Below, one piece after another: positions 50,392 through 60,467 of a stretch of DNA of 64,000 bases (position 1 is its first letter; each line of letters starts with the position of its first letter). Made by a program: the position numbers and the translations under genes. The stretch lies in IMG/VR virus record IMGVR_UViG_3300035670_000036. One strand, given 5' to 3'. The notes under the pieces were generated by a model. The model saw only the letters and a list, made by a program, of their open reading frames with translations, was not told where the DNA came from and searched no databases. The stretch is from an uncultured virus (IMG/VR IMGVR_UViG_3300035670_000036) (Duplodnaviria; Heunggongvirae; Uroviricota; Caudoviricetes).

Positions 50392-50631
50392 ATGAATATA
50401 GTGTATTGGACAACAAAAGACAAGCGTAAAATAAATATAGATGAAATGTCTATTGATCATTTGCGTAACATAGTAAAAATGATTGTAAAACAAAGTCAAG
50501 ATTTTCAAAACACATGTCCTCATAATGTAGATGATGCAATATCATTAGAAATAGAGGAAGGTGAATCTTTTTTTGAAAAACTACGTTCTACAAAATATGA
50601 GGACATGTCTTGGGGAGATTTAGAATTTTAA
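50392..50631 (+). CDS. hypothetical protein
   Basis: WTTKD.R.I.I..MS..HL.N motif. Confidence 0.65.
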   Translation: MNIVYWTTKDKRKINIDEMSIDHLRNIVKMIVKQSQDFQNTCPHNVDDAISLEIEEGESFFEKLRSTKYEDMSWGDLEF

Positions 50632-50905
50632 ATGACATAAAAAAATTATGAGCTTCTTGATGTCAGGAAGATGTTATTTGACCAAAAAAATTAATGCATG
50701 AAATCATTTAGAGAAATTTTATTCTTCTTAGGAGTAACGGAGAAGATTGTAAATGAAAGAGGCTATGAAAAATATAGGCTTAATCGTTATAATCCTCTAT
50801 CCTATATTCTAATCATTCTCGTTTTTGTTGTGGGAATTACCTTGTATGGTGTAATAGGATTTTGGAAAGAAATTGATTTACGTAACCCTTTTAAATACCA
50901 ATAAT

Positions 50906-51307
50906 ATGAATAAAACACTCTTTTTATTAAGAGGATTGCCGGGTTCAGGTAAAACAACTTTGGCAAATCAATTAGGCGGATCTCTAGTTGAAGCCGACAG
51001 ATATTTTATGGAATATGGTGAGTATAAGTTTGATGCTTCTAAATTGAAAGAGGCTCATGCTTGGTGCAGGAATCAGGTTAAAGAGTGGATGGAAACCAAT
51101 GATAGAGGATTTGATGTCCCCAGGATTGTTGTTTCCAATACCTTTACACAAGAATGGGAAATGAAACCTTACTTTGATTTGGCAAAAGAACATGGTTATA
51201 CGGTCTTTTCATTAATTGTAGAAAATAGACATGGAGGTAAAAATGTTCATGATTGCCCGGAAGAAACTATAGCAAAGATGAGAGAAAGATTTGAAATTAC
51301 ATTATAA
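50906..51307 (+). CDS. P-loop kinase (AAA_33/polynucleotide-kinase-like)
   Basis: LRGLPGSGKTT, EADRYF, AH.WC, VSNTFTQEWE. Confidence 0.85.
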   Translation: MNKTLFLLRGLPGSGKTTLANQLGGSLVEADRYFMEYGEYKFDASKLKEAHAWCRNQVKEWMETNDRGFDVPRIVVSNTFTQEWEMKPYFDLAKEHGYTVFSLIVENRHGGKNVHDCPEETIAKMRERFEITL

Positions 51308-51313
51308 AAAAAT

Positions 51314-51682
51314 ATGGAAATAACACACGAAATTAGAGAGTATATCATCAGTGATGGAGAAAACAAATATTCAGTTAGACACAATGTTGGTAAAGAATTT
51401 TATTTAATTCAACAAATTGTAGCAAACAAAATATATGGGGATAGAAATTCAATGGTTTATGTTGATGCGACTAAAGATTTTTTAGATAAAGTTAAAGAAG
51501 TCATAAATAAATCACATAAAGAGAAAAGTAATATTCCCAATGTTTATGAATACATTTGGTCAAAGGTATTCCCAGATGAAGAATTTAATTATGGTGATTT
51601 CTATGATTGGTCAAGAGAAAACGCTAATATTGCATTAGAATTAGCTTTACAGTATTGCGACCTAATGACTTGGAAAAAATGA
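51314..51682 (+). CDS. hypothetical protein
   Basis: ORF. Confidence 0.6.
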   Translation: MEITHEIREYIISDGENKYSVRHNVGKEFYLIQQIVANKIYGDRNSMVYVDATKDFLDKVKEVINKSHKEKSNIPNVYEYIWSKVFPDEEFNYGDFYDWSRENANIALELALQYCDLMTWKK

Positions 51683-51719
51683 GAGAAAGATTTAATGTAA
51701 AACTTTAAAAACAATAATC

Positions 51720-52064
51720 ATGAGTGGAGGGTTTTTTAATTATGACCAGGCTCGAATTAAAGGCATAATTGATTCTATCGAAGAGTTAATTGAAAGAAAT
51801 GGGAGGGCTAAAACAGAAGAAGAGATTTTAGCGGGTGCTTGGGGTACTCTTGATGATGATTATTTTAATAAGTATCCAGAAGATAAGTTTTGGTACAAGT
51901 ATCCGGATGAAGTTATAGAAGAGTTTAAAATAGCGGTAGAGTTCTTAAGGATTGCTTATGTATATGCTCAAAGAATTGATTGGTTAGTATCAGGTGATGA
52001 TGGTGAGGAATCATTTATGGAAAGACTAAAAAAAGATTTAACCTTAATAATATATTCGAAATGA
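51720..52064 (+). CDS. hypothetical phage protein (MSGG.F.Y...IDWL.SGDDGEESF family)
   Basis: Conserved-looking terminal motifs. Confidence 0.65.
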   Translation: MSGGFFNYDQARIKGIIDSIEELIERNGRAKTEEEILAGAWGTLDDDYFNKYPEDKFWYKYPDEVIEEFKIAVEFLRIAYVYAQRIDWLVSGDDGEESFMERLKKDLTLIIYSK

Positions 52065-52614
52065 AAAGCATGTTACTTCTTATTTTATTAGCGTGTGGGC
52101 TTACCTTTTTAGGGTTGTATTGTGAATCTAAGAAAGATCCTTACGAGATTGGTATGCATTGGGATTATAGTATCACTTGCGAGAATGGATTTATCTTTAA
52201 AATATTAGATCAGCGAAGAGGTACGATTCAAATTTTTAATAGCGATGGGACTCCTTTGAAATGTGGAGAAAGAATATATTAAAAACTTGTATGTCGGATA
52301 TATATTTTCGATAGCCTGTACCCTTGAGAAACTCGTATTAGCCAGCTGTAAATATAACGGCAGGTAAGATAAGCAGGCATGCTCTGATATAAAGGGGTAG
52401 TAGAATAAAGAGCAAATTTTAACTTAAAAATGTAAAAAGATGTTTGAAAAGCTGTATGAAGGTTTTAAAGATGTGGATGATCCTAGTAGATTGTATGAGA
52501 TTAAAATGGATATTAGGAGATCCAGATATGAAATGTATGAAAAATGTTTTAGTAACCTAGCAAAGCCTATCGTTAAATTTTTTACTGATGATTGGTTTGT
52601 TTTAAAAAGATAAT

Positions 52615-53379
52615 ATGAAAAGTGTAATTATTGGAGACATTCATGGTAGAATATCATGGGAGAAAATTGTTGAAAAAGAAAATGATGCAGATAGATTTAT
52701 ATTTGTAGGAGATTACTTTGATACACATGAAAATATAAGAATTATAGTTCAATTACATAATTTTAAACGTTTGATTGACTTTAAGAATGAGTCAAAAGCA
52801 GATGTTATTATGTTAATTGGTAATCATGACTTTCATTACATGCCTTTTGCTAATGAGACGTATTCAGGACATCAGAGAGGACATCATCATACTATTCAGA
52901 CGTTATTGATGGAAAATATAAATGAGTTATCTATGTGTTATAAGATGGATAATTATTTATTTAGTCATGCGGGAGTTAGTTCTGAATGGTTAGAGTACTG
53001 GGGAAGTAGGATGAAGGTAAATATGAAGGATGCTGTTGATGTTATTGTTAATGATTTATTTATTGGTTCTCCCCGCGCTTTTAAATTTGCCGGATGGGAC
53101 CCTTATGGAGACAGTGCCGAATCTTCTCCTATATGGATCCGGCCTAAGTCATTACAGGAATCTAACTATGATACCTTCCGGAAAGAATACATCCAGGTTG
53201 TAGGCCATACACAACAAAAGAAAATAGATATTAATGGGCACACTACGGGAGGAAGGTATTACTACATTGACACTCTAGGTACTAGCCAGGAATATCTAAT
53301 TATCGAAGACGGTAAAGTTAGCGTAGGTCAATTATCGGATGATTTTACTTCATATCAATCTTCTTCAAAAGAAATTTAG
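52615..53379 (+). CDS. calcineurin-like metallophosphoesterase
   Basis: GDIHG, GDYFD, GNHD, SHAG, VGHT. Confidence 0.92.
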   Translation: MKSVIIGDIHGRISWEKIVEKENDADRFIFVGDYFDTHENIRIIVQLHNFKRLIDFKNESKADVIMLIGNHDFHYMPFANETYSGHQRGHHHTIQTLLMENINELSMCYKMDNYLFSHAGVSSEWLEYWGSRMKVNMKDAVDVIVNDLFIGSPRAFKFAGWDPYGDSAESSPIWIRPKSLQESNYDTFRKEYIQVVGHTQQKKIDINGHTTGGRYYYIDTLGTSQEYLIIEDGKVSVGQLSDDFTSYQSSSKEI

Positions 53380-53429
53380 GTTTTCTAGAAAAATTGTTTT
53401 ATATTTGTATTAAGTTGTAAAAATAAAGT

Positions 53430-53795
53430 ATGAAAAAAGAAAATTTTAAAAACATCTTGAAATCGTATCGTGATGTATTCACTCACTTGTGTGATTTACA
53501 TGATATGGGATTTAACTTATTAGATAATAAACGTTTTCCCATAAATGATTTGATTTCTAATATATTCAACCAAAGTATCCTATCCCACTACAATGATGAA
53601 GGATTAGATTGGATAACATGGTATCTTCTAGAATTTATTAAAGTTGATACTCTTATTTCAGATAATGAGTTGATGTATCCGGATAGAGAACCTGCTGCAT
53701 GGGATTCCAATGGAGCTCCTATATGTTTTAATATTGATGTATTATATGATTACATTAATAAGAATTGTAAACCTGAAAAACAAGAATGTTGCTAG
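53430..53795 (+). CDS. hypothetical protein
   Basis: Promoter TATATTTG upstream. Confidence 0.65.
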   Translation: MKKENFKNILKSYRDVFTHLCDLHDMGFNLLDNKRFPINDLISNIFNQSILSHYNDEGLDWITWYLLEFIKVDTLISDNELMYPDREPAAWDSNGAPICFNIDVLYDYINKNCKPEKQECC

Positions 53796-54103
53796 TAAAA
53801 TCAAAAGTTGTACATTGTAAGAAAGAAAGTTATAATGTATATATTGGAAGGCCGAGCAAGTGGGGGAATCCTTTCACGCATAAACAAGATGGAAAAACAC
53901 TTGCTAAGTATGTAGTGGAAGATAGAGATGCTGCTGTCAATGCTTATAGGGAATGGATTACAAATGGAGATGGAAAACATTTATTGGATGATTTACATGA
54001 ATTAAAAGGTGGAAAGATTCTTGGATGTTGGTGTAAGCCACAAGCATGTCATGGAGATGTTTTATTAGAATTGTTAGATAAATTAACCCCGCAAAATAAA
54101 TAA
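53786..54103 (+). CDS. DUF4326 family protein
   Basis: VYIGRPSKWGNPF...L.G..LGCWCKPQACHGDVL. Confidence 0.85.
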   Translation: MLLVKSKVVHCKKESYNVYIGRPSKWGNPFTHKQDGKTLAKYVVEDRDAAVNAYREWITNGDGKHLLDDLHELKGGKILGCWCKPQACHGDVLLELLDKLTPQNK

Positions 54104-54104
54104 C

Positions 54105-54347
54105 ATGAATTTAGAATCTATACTTGAAAAATATCCGGATGAAACATTTTTAAAAGCAGATGGATTTGATGATGCTATACTTGGAGTGGATGAATCTTCC
54201 ATGCGTCTTATCTACTCTATATCTAAATGTATTGATATCCTGATGGAAGACATGTCAGATGAAGATGCCTTAGAACATTTTTATTATAATGTCAGTGGTT
54301 CATATATGGGAGAACAAACTCCTATCTGGTGCGATGATCTTGATTAA
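54105..54347 (+). CDS. hypothetical phage protein
   Basis: ADGFDDAILG...YNVSGSYMGEQTP. Confidence 0.7.
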   Translation: MNLESILEKYPDETFLKADGFDDAILGVDESSMRLIYSISKCIDILMEDMSDEDALEHFYYNVSGSYMGEQTPIWCDDLD

Positions 54348-54678
54348 CTTAAATTAAATGATATGACAAACGAAGATTTATTAAAAGAAAATGGATGGGA
54401 AATTGAATGTGAAAGCCCATTTGAGATACGACACGAAGATGGAAGTTTTGCAAGTATGAACGCTGCTTATAGAGTAGTTGAAGAATTGCGTTTATCTGAT
54501 GTTATGAGTAGTGTTTTATTGATTAAAGATGCCTACAAAGCTGAACTGATTAATAAAGATATGTTCATAACTAAAATGATAGACTTACTTGAAAAACATT
54601 ACTCATAACTAATGGCTTGGCGATACTGTATTAAAAGTAAAAAGGTTATTATAAATTCTTAAACCTAAATTTATTACT

Positions 54679-55236
54679 ATGTACATTTTAATTATTTTAT
54701 TCATTGTTATAATTGGGTATATCCCCGCAATAATTCTCTATTACTATATTAAATCCTATGTGTCTTACAAAATAGGATTGCGTAAGCTAGAGAAGAAGTT
54801 TGGTTCAATGTCAAGCAAAAGTGCGAGATACAAATTTCCTCCCGTAGCTTTCAGAGATATTCTACTATGTTTCTCCAACCACAGAGAAGATAGATATAAA
54901 TATATAGGCATTTCTTGGAATATATTTAAAGAAGGTACTGATTTGCATGAATACCTAGAGGACTTTATTATGTTTGTTGCAAAGAAAGCTAAACCTTGGT
55001 GGTGTCCTACATTTGTGCTGAATCTCCTTAATTTATTTGCTAATGATAACTCGATTGTTAGATGTAGGAATCAACATTTAGCATTCGCTTTTAGAAATAT
55101 TACTGGTGGATTGTTAATAACTGACATAAAAGTAAAGTATGGAACAATAAGAGTTTATGGTTATTTTACTAAAGAGGTTGACGAGGAATTAACAAAACTT
55201 GAAAAATTAATTGATCCACATTTAGAGGCTTATTAA
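54679..55236 (+). CDS. hypothetical protein with an N-terminal TM segment
   Basis: IKVKYGTIRVY motif. Confidence 0.6.
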   Translation: MYILIILFIVIIGYIPAIILYYYIKSYVSYKIGLRKLEKKFGSMSSKSARYKFPPVAFRDILLCFSNHREDRYKYIGISWNIFKEGTDLHEYLEDFIMFVAKKAKPWWCPTFVLNLLNLFANDNSIVRCRNQHLAFAFRNITGGLLITDIKVKYGTIRVYGYFTKEVDEELTKLEKLIDPHLEAY

Positions 55237-55237
55237 T

Positions 55238-55537
55238 ATGATTACGCAAAAAAGAAAAGAATATCTTAGAAATAGGTTTGCTAATTTATCGGAGGAAAAG
55301 AAAGAGGAGCATAGGAGAAAAAGATTGGCTGATTACCACTCCATGTCTGAGTATGCTAGGCAAAAAGAAGTGAAAAGACGACAACAATATTACATAAAAA
55401 ACAAAGAGAAGTTAAGAGAAAGACAAAGAGAATACTATGCGAAAAACAGGGAAATTTATGTAGAATACGCTAGAAATAAAAGGGAGAGAGAAAAAGAATT
55501 AAAAAAGTCCTTAATTAGTTTGGAAGTTACAAAATAA
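55238..55537 (+). CDS. basic helical protein
   Basis: R/K/E-rich YY.KN.E repeats. Confidence 0.55.
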   Translation: MITQKRKEYLRNRFANLSEEKKEEHRRKRLADYHSMSEYARQKEVKRRQQYYIKNKEKLRERQREYYAKNREIYVEYARNKREREKELKKSLISLEVTK

Positions 55538-55569
55538 TAAGTTATCTTTGTGTCATTAAATCATAGTTT

Positions 55570-56700
55570 ATGAAAAATGAAAACAGTGTTTGTTTCGTGT
55601 CCGTGATAAATGATATTCAATCTATTCCGGATGCTGACAATATAGAACTAGCTGTTATAAATGGCTGGCAATGTGTTGTAAAAAAAGGTTCTCACTCAAT
55701 TGGAGATTTAGTTATCTGCGCTACTACAGATGCTATGATACCTTTAGAAATTTCAGAGAAATTAGGTATCACTAATTATCTCCGTAACAAAGAAAGAGTT
55801 AGGACAATTAAGCTAAGAAGTGTTTACAGTGAATGCTTGATAATGCCGATTGATTTGATTCCGGAAAATAAGAGGAAAAAATGGGAGGATGTAATGGATA
55901 TTCTTAAAATATCTAAGTATGAACCTGCGGTTAAAATGATTAGATTAGCCAATGGTAAAAAAAGAAAATACCATGAAAATCCTAATTTCCCTATTTACTA
56001 CAAATTCCCTAATTTTAAAAATGTTCCTAATATTTTTGATGAAAATGATTATGTCGAAATTACTAGGAAAATACATGGAACAAATGCAAGATACGGGATT
56101 GTTAAGAAAAATAAGCTATCTCTGTGGATTAAAATTAAAAAATTCTTTGGTTTTGAGACAGGTTGGGATGAATATGAATTCGTGGTAGGTTCTCATAACG
56201 TAGAAAAAGGATCTGATAGTCAAGGTTTCTATGATACTAATGTTTGGTATGATATTGAGAAAAAATATGATATTAAAAATAAGCTCTGGAATCTTGTTAA
56301 GAAAAATTTTGGTGGTTATTCTCGCATGAGCTCTGGTTTTATAATCTACGGCGAAATATATGGGAAAGGAATCCAGAAAAACTATGAGTATGGATTAGAT
56401 GATATACAGCTATGTATTTTCGATATTGAATTAGATAAAAAGTATTTCAATTTGTCCGCAGCTCAATATATGACTGAAGAATATTTAAATCTACCCTACG
56501 TTGAAGTCTTATATAAAGGACTTTATTCAGAGGAAGTAAGAAATTCATTCGTGTTCAATAATTTTATAAACAACACTAAAGTTCCTCACGAAGGTATTGT
56601 TATAAAAGCTGTTGATGGAAATAGATCGAAAGTAGCTAAAGTAATAAACCCGGATTACTTAATATACAGCGAAAAAAATAATGTCGGGGATTCACATTAA
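55570..56700 (+). CDS. ATP-dependent RNA ligase (DRB0094/Rnl2-like) with an N-terminal OB-like module
   Basis: IPDADNIELA.INGWQCVVKKG; motif I KIHGTN; YGEIYG.GIQK; FDI; EGIVIK; K.INPDYL. Confidence 0.9.
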   Translation: MKNENSVCFVSVINDIQSIPDADNIELAVINGWQCVVKKGSHSIGDLVICATTDAMIPLEISEKLGITNYLRNKERVRTIKLRSVYSECLIMPIDLIPENKRKKWEDVMDILKISKYEPAVKMIRLANGKKRKYHENPNFPIYYKFPNFKNVPNIFDENDYVEITRKIHGTNARYGIVKKNKLSLWIKIKKFFGFETGWDEYEFVVGSHNVEKGSDSQGFYDTNVWYDIEKKYDIKNKLWNLVKKNFGGYSRMSSGFIIYGEIYGKGIQKNYEYGLDDIQLCIFDIELDKKYFNLSAAQYMTEEYLNLPYVEVLYKGLYSEEVRNSFVFNNFINNTKVPHEGIVIKAVDGNRSKVAKVINPDYLIYSEKNNVGDSH

Positions 56701-56724
56701 TCAATCACAATTATATCACAAAGT

Positions 56725-56946
56725 ATGAGAAAAGTTTTTGTTAATTTATTGGTTTTATTGTTCTTCTTAATAACAACTTGTATTGGGTCTTTTATGGTTA
56801 TGGTGTGTTGGAATTTTTCAATTGCTGATTATTTTGAATTGAAAGATTTATCCTTCCTTCAATCTTTTGGATTCTATGTCATGTTAAGAATTATCCTAGA
56901 CAATCCTATAAAGATAGAGGCAACGGATCAGTCTGATAAGGACTAA
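56725..56946 (+). CDS. small membrane protein
   Basis: Hydrophobic segments. Confidence 0.6.
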   Translation: MRKVFVNLLVLLFFLITTCIGSFMVMVCWNFSIADYFELKDLSFLQSFGFYVMLRIILDNPIKIEATDQSDKD

Positions 56947-57004
56947 TAAAATAAACAAGTATGAGGCCTTTTTACAAAGGCCTCATATTTATTTAAAAGA
57001 TATT

Positions 57005-57658
57005 ATGGATTCTAAGAAAATAGACTCGGTTAAATTTGGAAATCAACCAGAAGAGTATGTAAGAAAGATTGAGAAAGATGAATACGGAACTCTTAAAAAA
57101 GCAAAAGATTCCGGTATGATAGATGAATTTATAAAAAAGTTTCCTCCTCCAAAGAATTCTTCCGATACCGCAAAGAAAGAACTTGAACATCTTAAAAAAA
57201 TTTCTGATAATGTTACGGATAAAGAAAAAAGTATGTGTTTTTATATGGAGCATCATCATTTAGATTTCTTCGTGAAAACGGCGGAAAAATTGGGTATTAA
57301 AGGTGTAGACCGGAAAAAAGTTAACTCCTGGGCTGGTGAGGCTTTTCCTATAGTGTACTACCTTAAAGATTACTTCAATAGACCTAGGCCAAACGAACTA
57401 GCCGGAGAGTACGGAATTAAGCTACATCCTATAACTAGAACCGATGCAAATTCAGCTGCTTACCCTTCCGGACATACCATGGATTTTCTAGTTATGATTT
57501 ACCAATTAATGAAATTGAAACCCTCCTCGAGAAAATATTTTGTAGATCTCTACAATAAAATAAAGGATGTTAGAGAGTTATCAGGAGTTCATTATCCGTC
57601 GGATGGGGATGGAAGTGAAGAATTGTTCAAATTAATGTTGAAATACAAAATAATATAG
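57005..57658 (+). CDS. PAP2/acid phosphatase (haloperoxidase-fold) protein
   Basis: K..FNRPRP, YPSGH, R..SGVHYPSD. Confidence 0.85.
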   Translation: MDSKKIDSVKFGNQPEEYVRKIEKDEYGTLKKAKDSGMIDEFIKKFPPPKNSSDTAKKELEHLKKISDNVTDKEKSMCFYMEHHHLDFFVKTAEKLGIKGVDRKKVNSWAGEAFPIVYYLKDYFNRPRPNELAGEYGIKLHPITRTDANSAAYPSGHTMDFLVMIYQLMKLKPSSRKYFVDLYNKIKDVRELSGVHYPSDGDGSEELFKLMLKYKII

Positions 57659-57725
57659 TTATATTTGCACAACAAACTTAATTGGTTTATTACACAAAAT
57701 TTAGTTTACTAGAAAGTTTCAAACA

Positions 57726-58589
57726 ATGAAAGCAGAATTAATTGATTTTATGGGAAGTGACCTCAAGATTGCAAATGTCGCTAGAGTTTCTTATGACAAG
57801 GAAGCCTCGAATTATCCCGACAGTCAAAATGAGAATCTATTAGAATTTCTATGGGAAGAAGGGCATGTATCTCCCTTCAGACATGCGCAATTACAATTTC
57901 GGTTGTCATGTCCAATATATGTAGAAAGGCAGCTTAGAAAGCATGAAATTGGCGTTGAAGTGAATTTACCAATGGAGAATATGTCTGTAAACTCAATATC
58001 GGGGAGATATGTAGATTTCTCAGATTCTTACTATACTATTCAAACATTTAGGTCCCAGTCGAAAGATTCAAAACAAGGTAGTGGTGAAGATCTAAATAAA
58101 TTAAGTAATGTAATAGCAAATATTACTCAAGATGAAATAATAGAGAATGCTAAAACAGCTTATGAAAAGTTACTTGAACTAGGAACAAGTAAAGAGCAGG
58201 CTAGATCGGTACTTCCATTATCCTTGGAGACAACTTTTATTTGGACTATGAGTTTTTTAGCTTTCATACACTTAGTTAAATTAAGAATCAAGAAAGATGT
58301 ACAAAAAGAAACTAGAGACTTAGTTGCAGATATGTTGGAACAAGTAAAAAACATGCCGGGTAATCCTTTTAAGAAGTCTTTAGAACTCTTGGAAAGAAAA
58401 GAAGAGGCTTTTATTGTGACAAACAATAGCGGAGATATTATATCTGTATTTACTAGCCTAAGAAAATTAAAAAAACATTTCTTGAATAAAGGTTGGATTT
58501 TTGATAAAACTTCCTTATCTTTGCAGAATAATTTGAAAACATTATTTATTACTAAAATGGGATTAGACGGAAGTTATGAAGAGATCTAA
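57726..58589 (+). CDS. thyX: FAD-dependent thymidylate synthase
   Basis: ARVSY, H.SPF.H, RQL.KH...NSISGRY, KEQAR.VLP, LR....Q.E.R. Confidence 0.9.
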   Translation: MKAELIDFMGSDLKIANVARVSYDKEASNYPDSQNENLLEFLWEEGHVSPFRHAQLQFRLSCPIYVERQLRKHEIGVEVNLPMENMSVNSISGRYVDFSDSYYTIQTFRSQSKDSKQGSGEDLNKLSNVIANITQDEIIENAKTAYEKLLELGTSKEQARSVLPLSLETTFIWTMSFLAFIHLVKLRIKKDVQKETRDLVADMLEQVKNMPGNPFKKSLELLERKEEAFIVTNNSGDIISVFTSLRKLKKHFLNKGWIFDKTSLSLQNNLKTLFITKMGLDGSYEEI

Positions 58590-59079
58590 AGGTATTTTTT
58601 ACATCGAGGGAGTTATAGGAAGCGAAGTATATGCTTCTTTATTTAGAAAAAATTTGTACGGAAAAGAGAATTATGATAAAACCATAATTTTTGATGAAAT
58701 CATGCATAAAATAGATGGAGAGATAAGAATAGAGTCTTTAGTCTATCCAGGAAAAGATGCTAAGATAATTCAGCAAAATGAGTTTGACAAGAAAGGGATC
58801 TCAAAAATTGGACTTGTTTCAGATAAAATAGAAAATGTTTACTTCCTATATCCTCCTACGGGTTGGTATGATAGCGAAATACATTTAGATGAGCAGGGGG
58901 AAGTTGAACAAGTCATTTTTGATTTTAAGTATTTAGATTCAGAAGATCCGGACGATATAGATGATTTACTATTCTTTGATTCAAAGTACCTTCGTCTATT
59001 TATGGATAGTTCTCTAAAAGTAAAAGACTGTTATAAATTCACAAACTTAAATTTACTATGTTACAATCACCAGATTTAA
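58576..59079 (+). CDS. hypothetical protein
   Basis: ORF in operon. Confidence 0.6.
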   Translation: MKRSKGIFYIEGVIGSEVYASLFRKNLYGKENYDKTIIFDEIMHKIDGEIRIESLVYPGKDAKIIQQNEFDKKGISKIGLVSDKIENVYFLYPPTGWYDSEIHLDEQGEVEQVIFDFKYLDSEDPDDIDDLLFFDSKYLRLFMDSSLKVKDCYKFTNLNLLCYNHQI

Positions 59080-59351
59080 AAAGGGATTTACCTAAATTTA
59101 TTATTGCTTCTACTTCTTACTTAGCACAAGAAACATTTATATTTGAAGCAGAGGACATGGGAGGATTCCCTAAAATAGTAAAATCAGGCGGGCTAGAAGA
59201 ATTAACCGGATTGGCGAAAAGGTGGGGGGATAAAAATTGGGAGTCGAAGGAAGATGCGGTAAATTTATATGCCTCGGGTTCTTATGTTCGTGTTAAAACA
59301 GAAGTGCCAAATTTTGATAGCGCTTATTTGTATATGTTAAAAAATGATTAA
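59058..59351 (+). CDS. hypothetical protein
   Basis: ORF in operon. Confidence 0.55.
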   Translation: MLQSPDLKRDLPKFIIASTSYLAQETFIFEAEDMGGFPKIVKSGGLEELTGLAKRWGDKNWESKEDAVNLYASGSYVRVKTEVPNFDSAYLYMLKND

Positions 59352-59787
59352 AATGAAAAGATTATTTGTTTTTGTGTTATTGTTATCTACTGTAAAGAGT
59401 TTTTCTCAGTATTTCAGTCTTAATAATCCTGTTAGAAAATCAATTGACAGTATTGTATGTATTACGATTGAATACAAAAAAAGAGCTCCAGCTCCTTGTA
59501 GTATTGAAATGGATACTTATGAGGTACCTATTTATATGATTAGAGTCGGCCTTTATGATAGGGCTATAAAGTCAGGTCCCGAAATCATTAAAATAAAGTT
59601 GGGGATACAGAATTATTACTATTATGCACGTATGTATAATTCTTACAAGAAGGCTGCTATTGATTTAGAAAAATTAAAGAAGGCCGGATTTTGTGATGCG
59701 TTTATTGCAGCCGCTCCTTTTGATATGCGAGGATTCTCGTTTTTTCCGGAAGGGGCGGGTTTTTCTAGTGAGATTATTTTTAAATAA
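59344..59787 (+). CDS. secreted protein with a SPOR-like C-terminus
   Basis: Signal peptide; Y.Y....Y.SY..A...L..LKKAGF.DAFI. Confidence 0.55.
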   Translation: MIKMKRLFVFVLLLSTVKSFSQYFSLNNPVRKSIDSIVCITIEYKKRAPAPCSIEMDTYEVPIYMIRVGLYDRAIKSGPEIIKIKLGIQNYYYYARMYNSYKKAAIDLEKLKKAGFCDAFIAAAPFDMRGFSFFPEGAGFSSEIIFK

Positions 59788-59830
59788 TACTAAGGCCTGC
59801 TTTTTAGCGGGCCTTTTCAATTTAACTTTT

Positions 59831-60082
59831 ATGCAAACACCCCTAGAACAGATTTTATATTGGGCGGAGACAAAGAAAGATCAGTATAGTGCTTTGTCAG
59901 AGGTGTCTAATGATCCTTCCTTTCACTTAGGTAGAATAGACGTAATGTTAGAATTAGTAGCTTTAATCTATAAAAAACTACCGGAAGAAAAAGAAATGAT
60001 TGAAAATGCTTATGAAGACGGTAAAACAGGAAATGGTAGAGGCAGCCACTACTATGAATCCCTATTTAATCAAGATTCTTAA
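59831..60082 (+). CDS. hypothetical protein (start MQTPLE)
   Basis: EKEMIENAYEDG motif. Confidence 0.55.
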   Translation: MQTPLEQILYWAETKKDQYSALSEVSNDPSFHLGRIDVMLELVALIYKKLPEEKEMIENAYEDGKTGNGRGSHYYESLFNQDS

Positions 60083-60431
60083 GCAAGTAAGTCGTTTGGT
60101 ATATTAAACTTGCTATTTCGTCACAGGTATTCATCAAATAAGTATCTTTTGGGAGACTTTTAGTTTTACTTTCTACATATTTGCTTAGTAAATCAAAATA
60201 TTTTATAATATCTTCGTCTGTTTTTATATTATTGATGTTACCCGGAACTTTTATATCCTTTATTATTCCATATTTACCTTGATATGATTCTGCTAATGTA
60301 TCAACTAAATCAAGAATGCTGTCATAATAAGATTGCAGAGCTTTATGCTTAGCAAAAGAAGATGTTTGTAAATGGTAGATTCTTGTTTGGGTGCTAGAAT
60401 GTAGTAAAAATCCGATGTATTCGTTTATCAT
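60066..60431 (-). CDS. ferritin/Dps-like four-helix protein (DUF5856-like)
   Basis: HLQT.SFA.HKAL..YYD.I.DLVD.LAE.YQGKYG...DEI..LI..T.Y.L. Confidence 0.7.
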   Translation of the reverse strand: MINEYIGFLLHSSTQTRIYHLQTSSFAKHKALQSYYDSILDLVDTLAESYQGKYGIIKDIKVPGNINNIKTDEDIIKYFDLLSKYVESKTKSLPKDTYLMNTCDEIASLIYQTTYLLKNLD

Positions 60432-60467
60432 AGCTTTTTATATAAATATTCTGTTTTATTATAAAAA

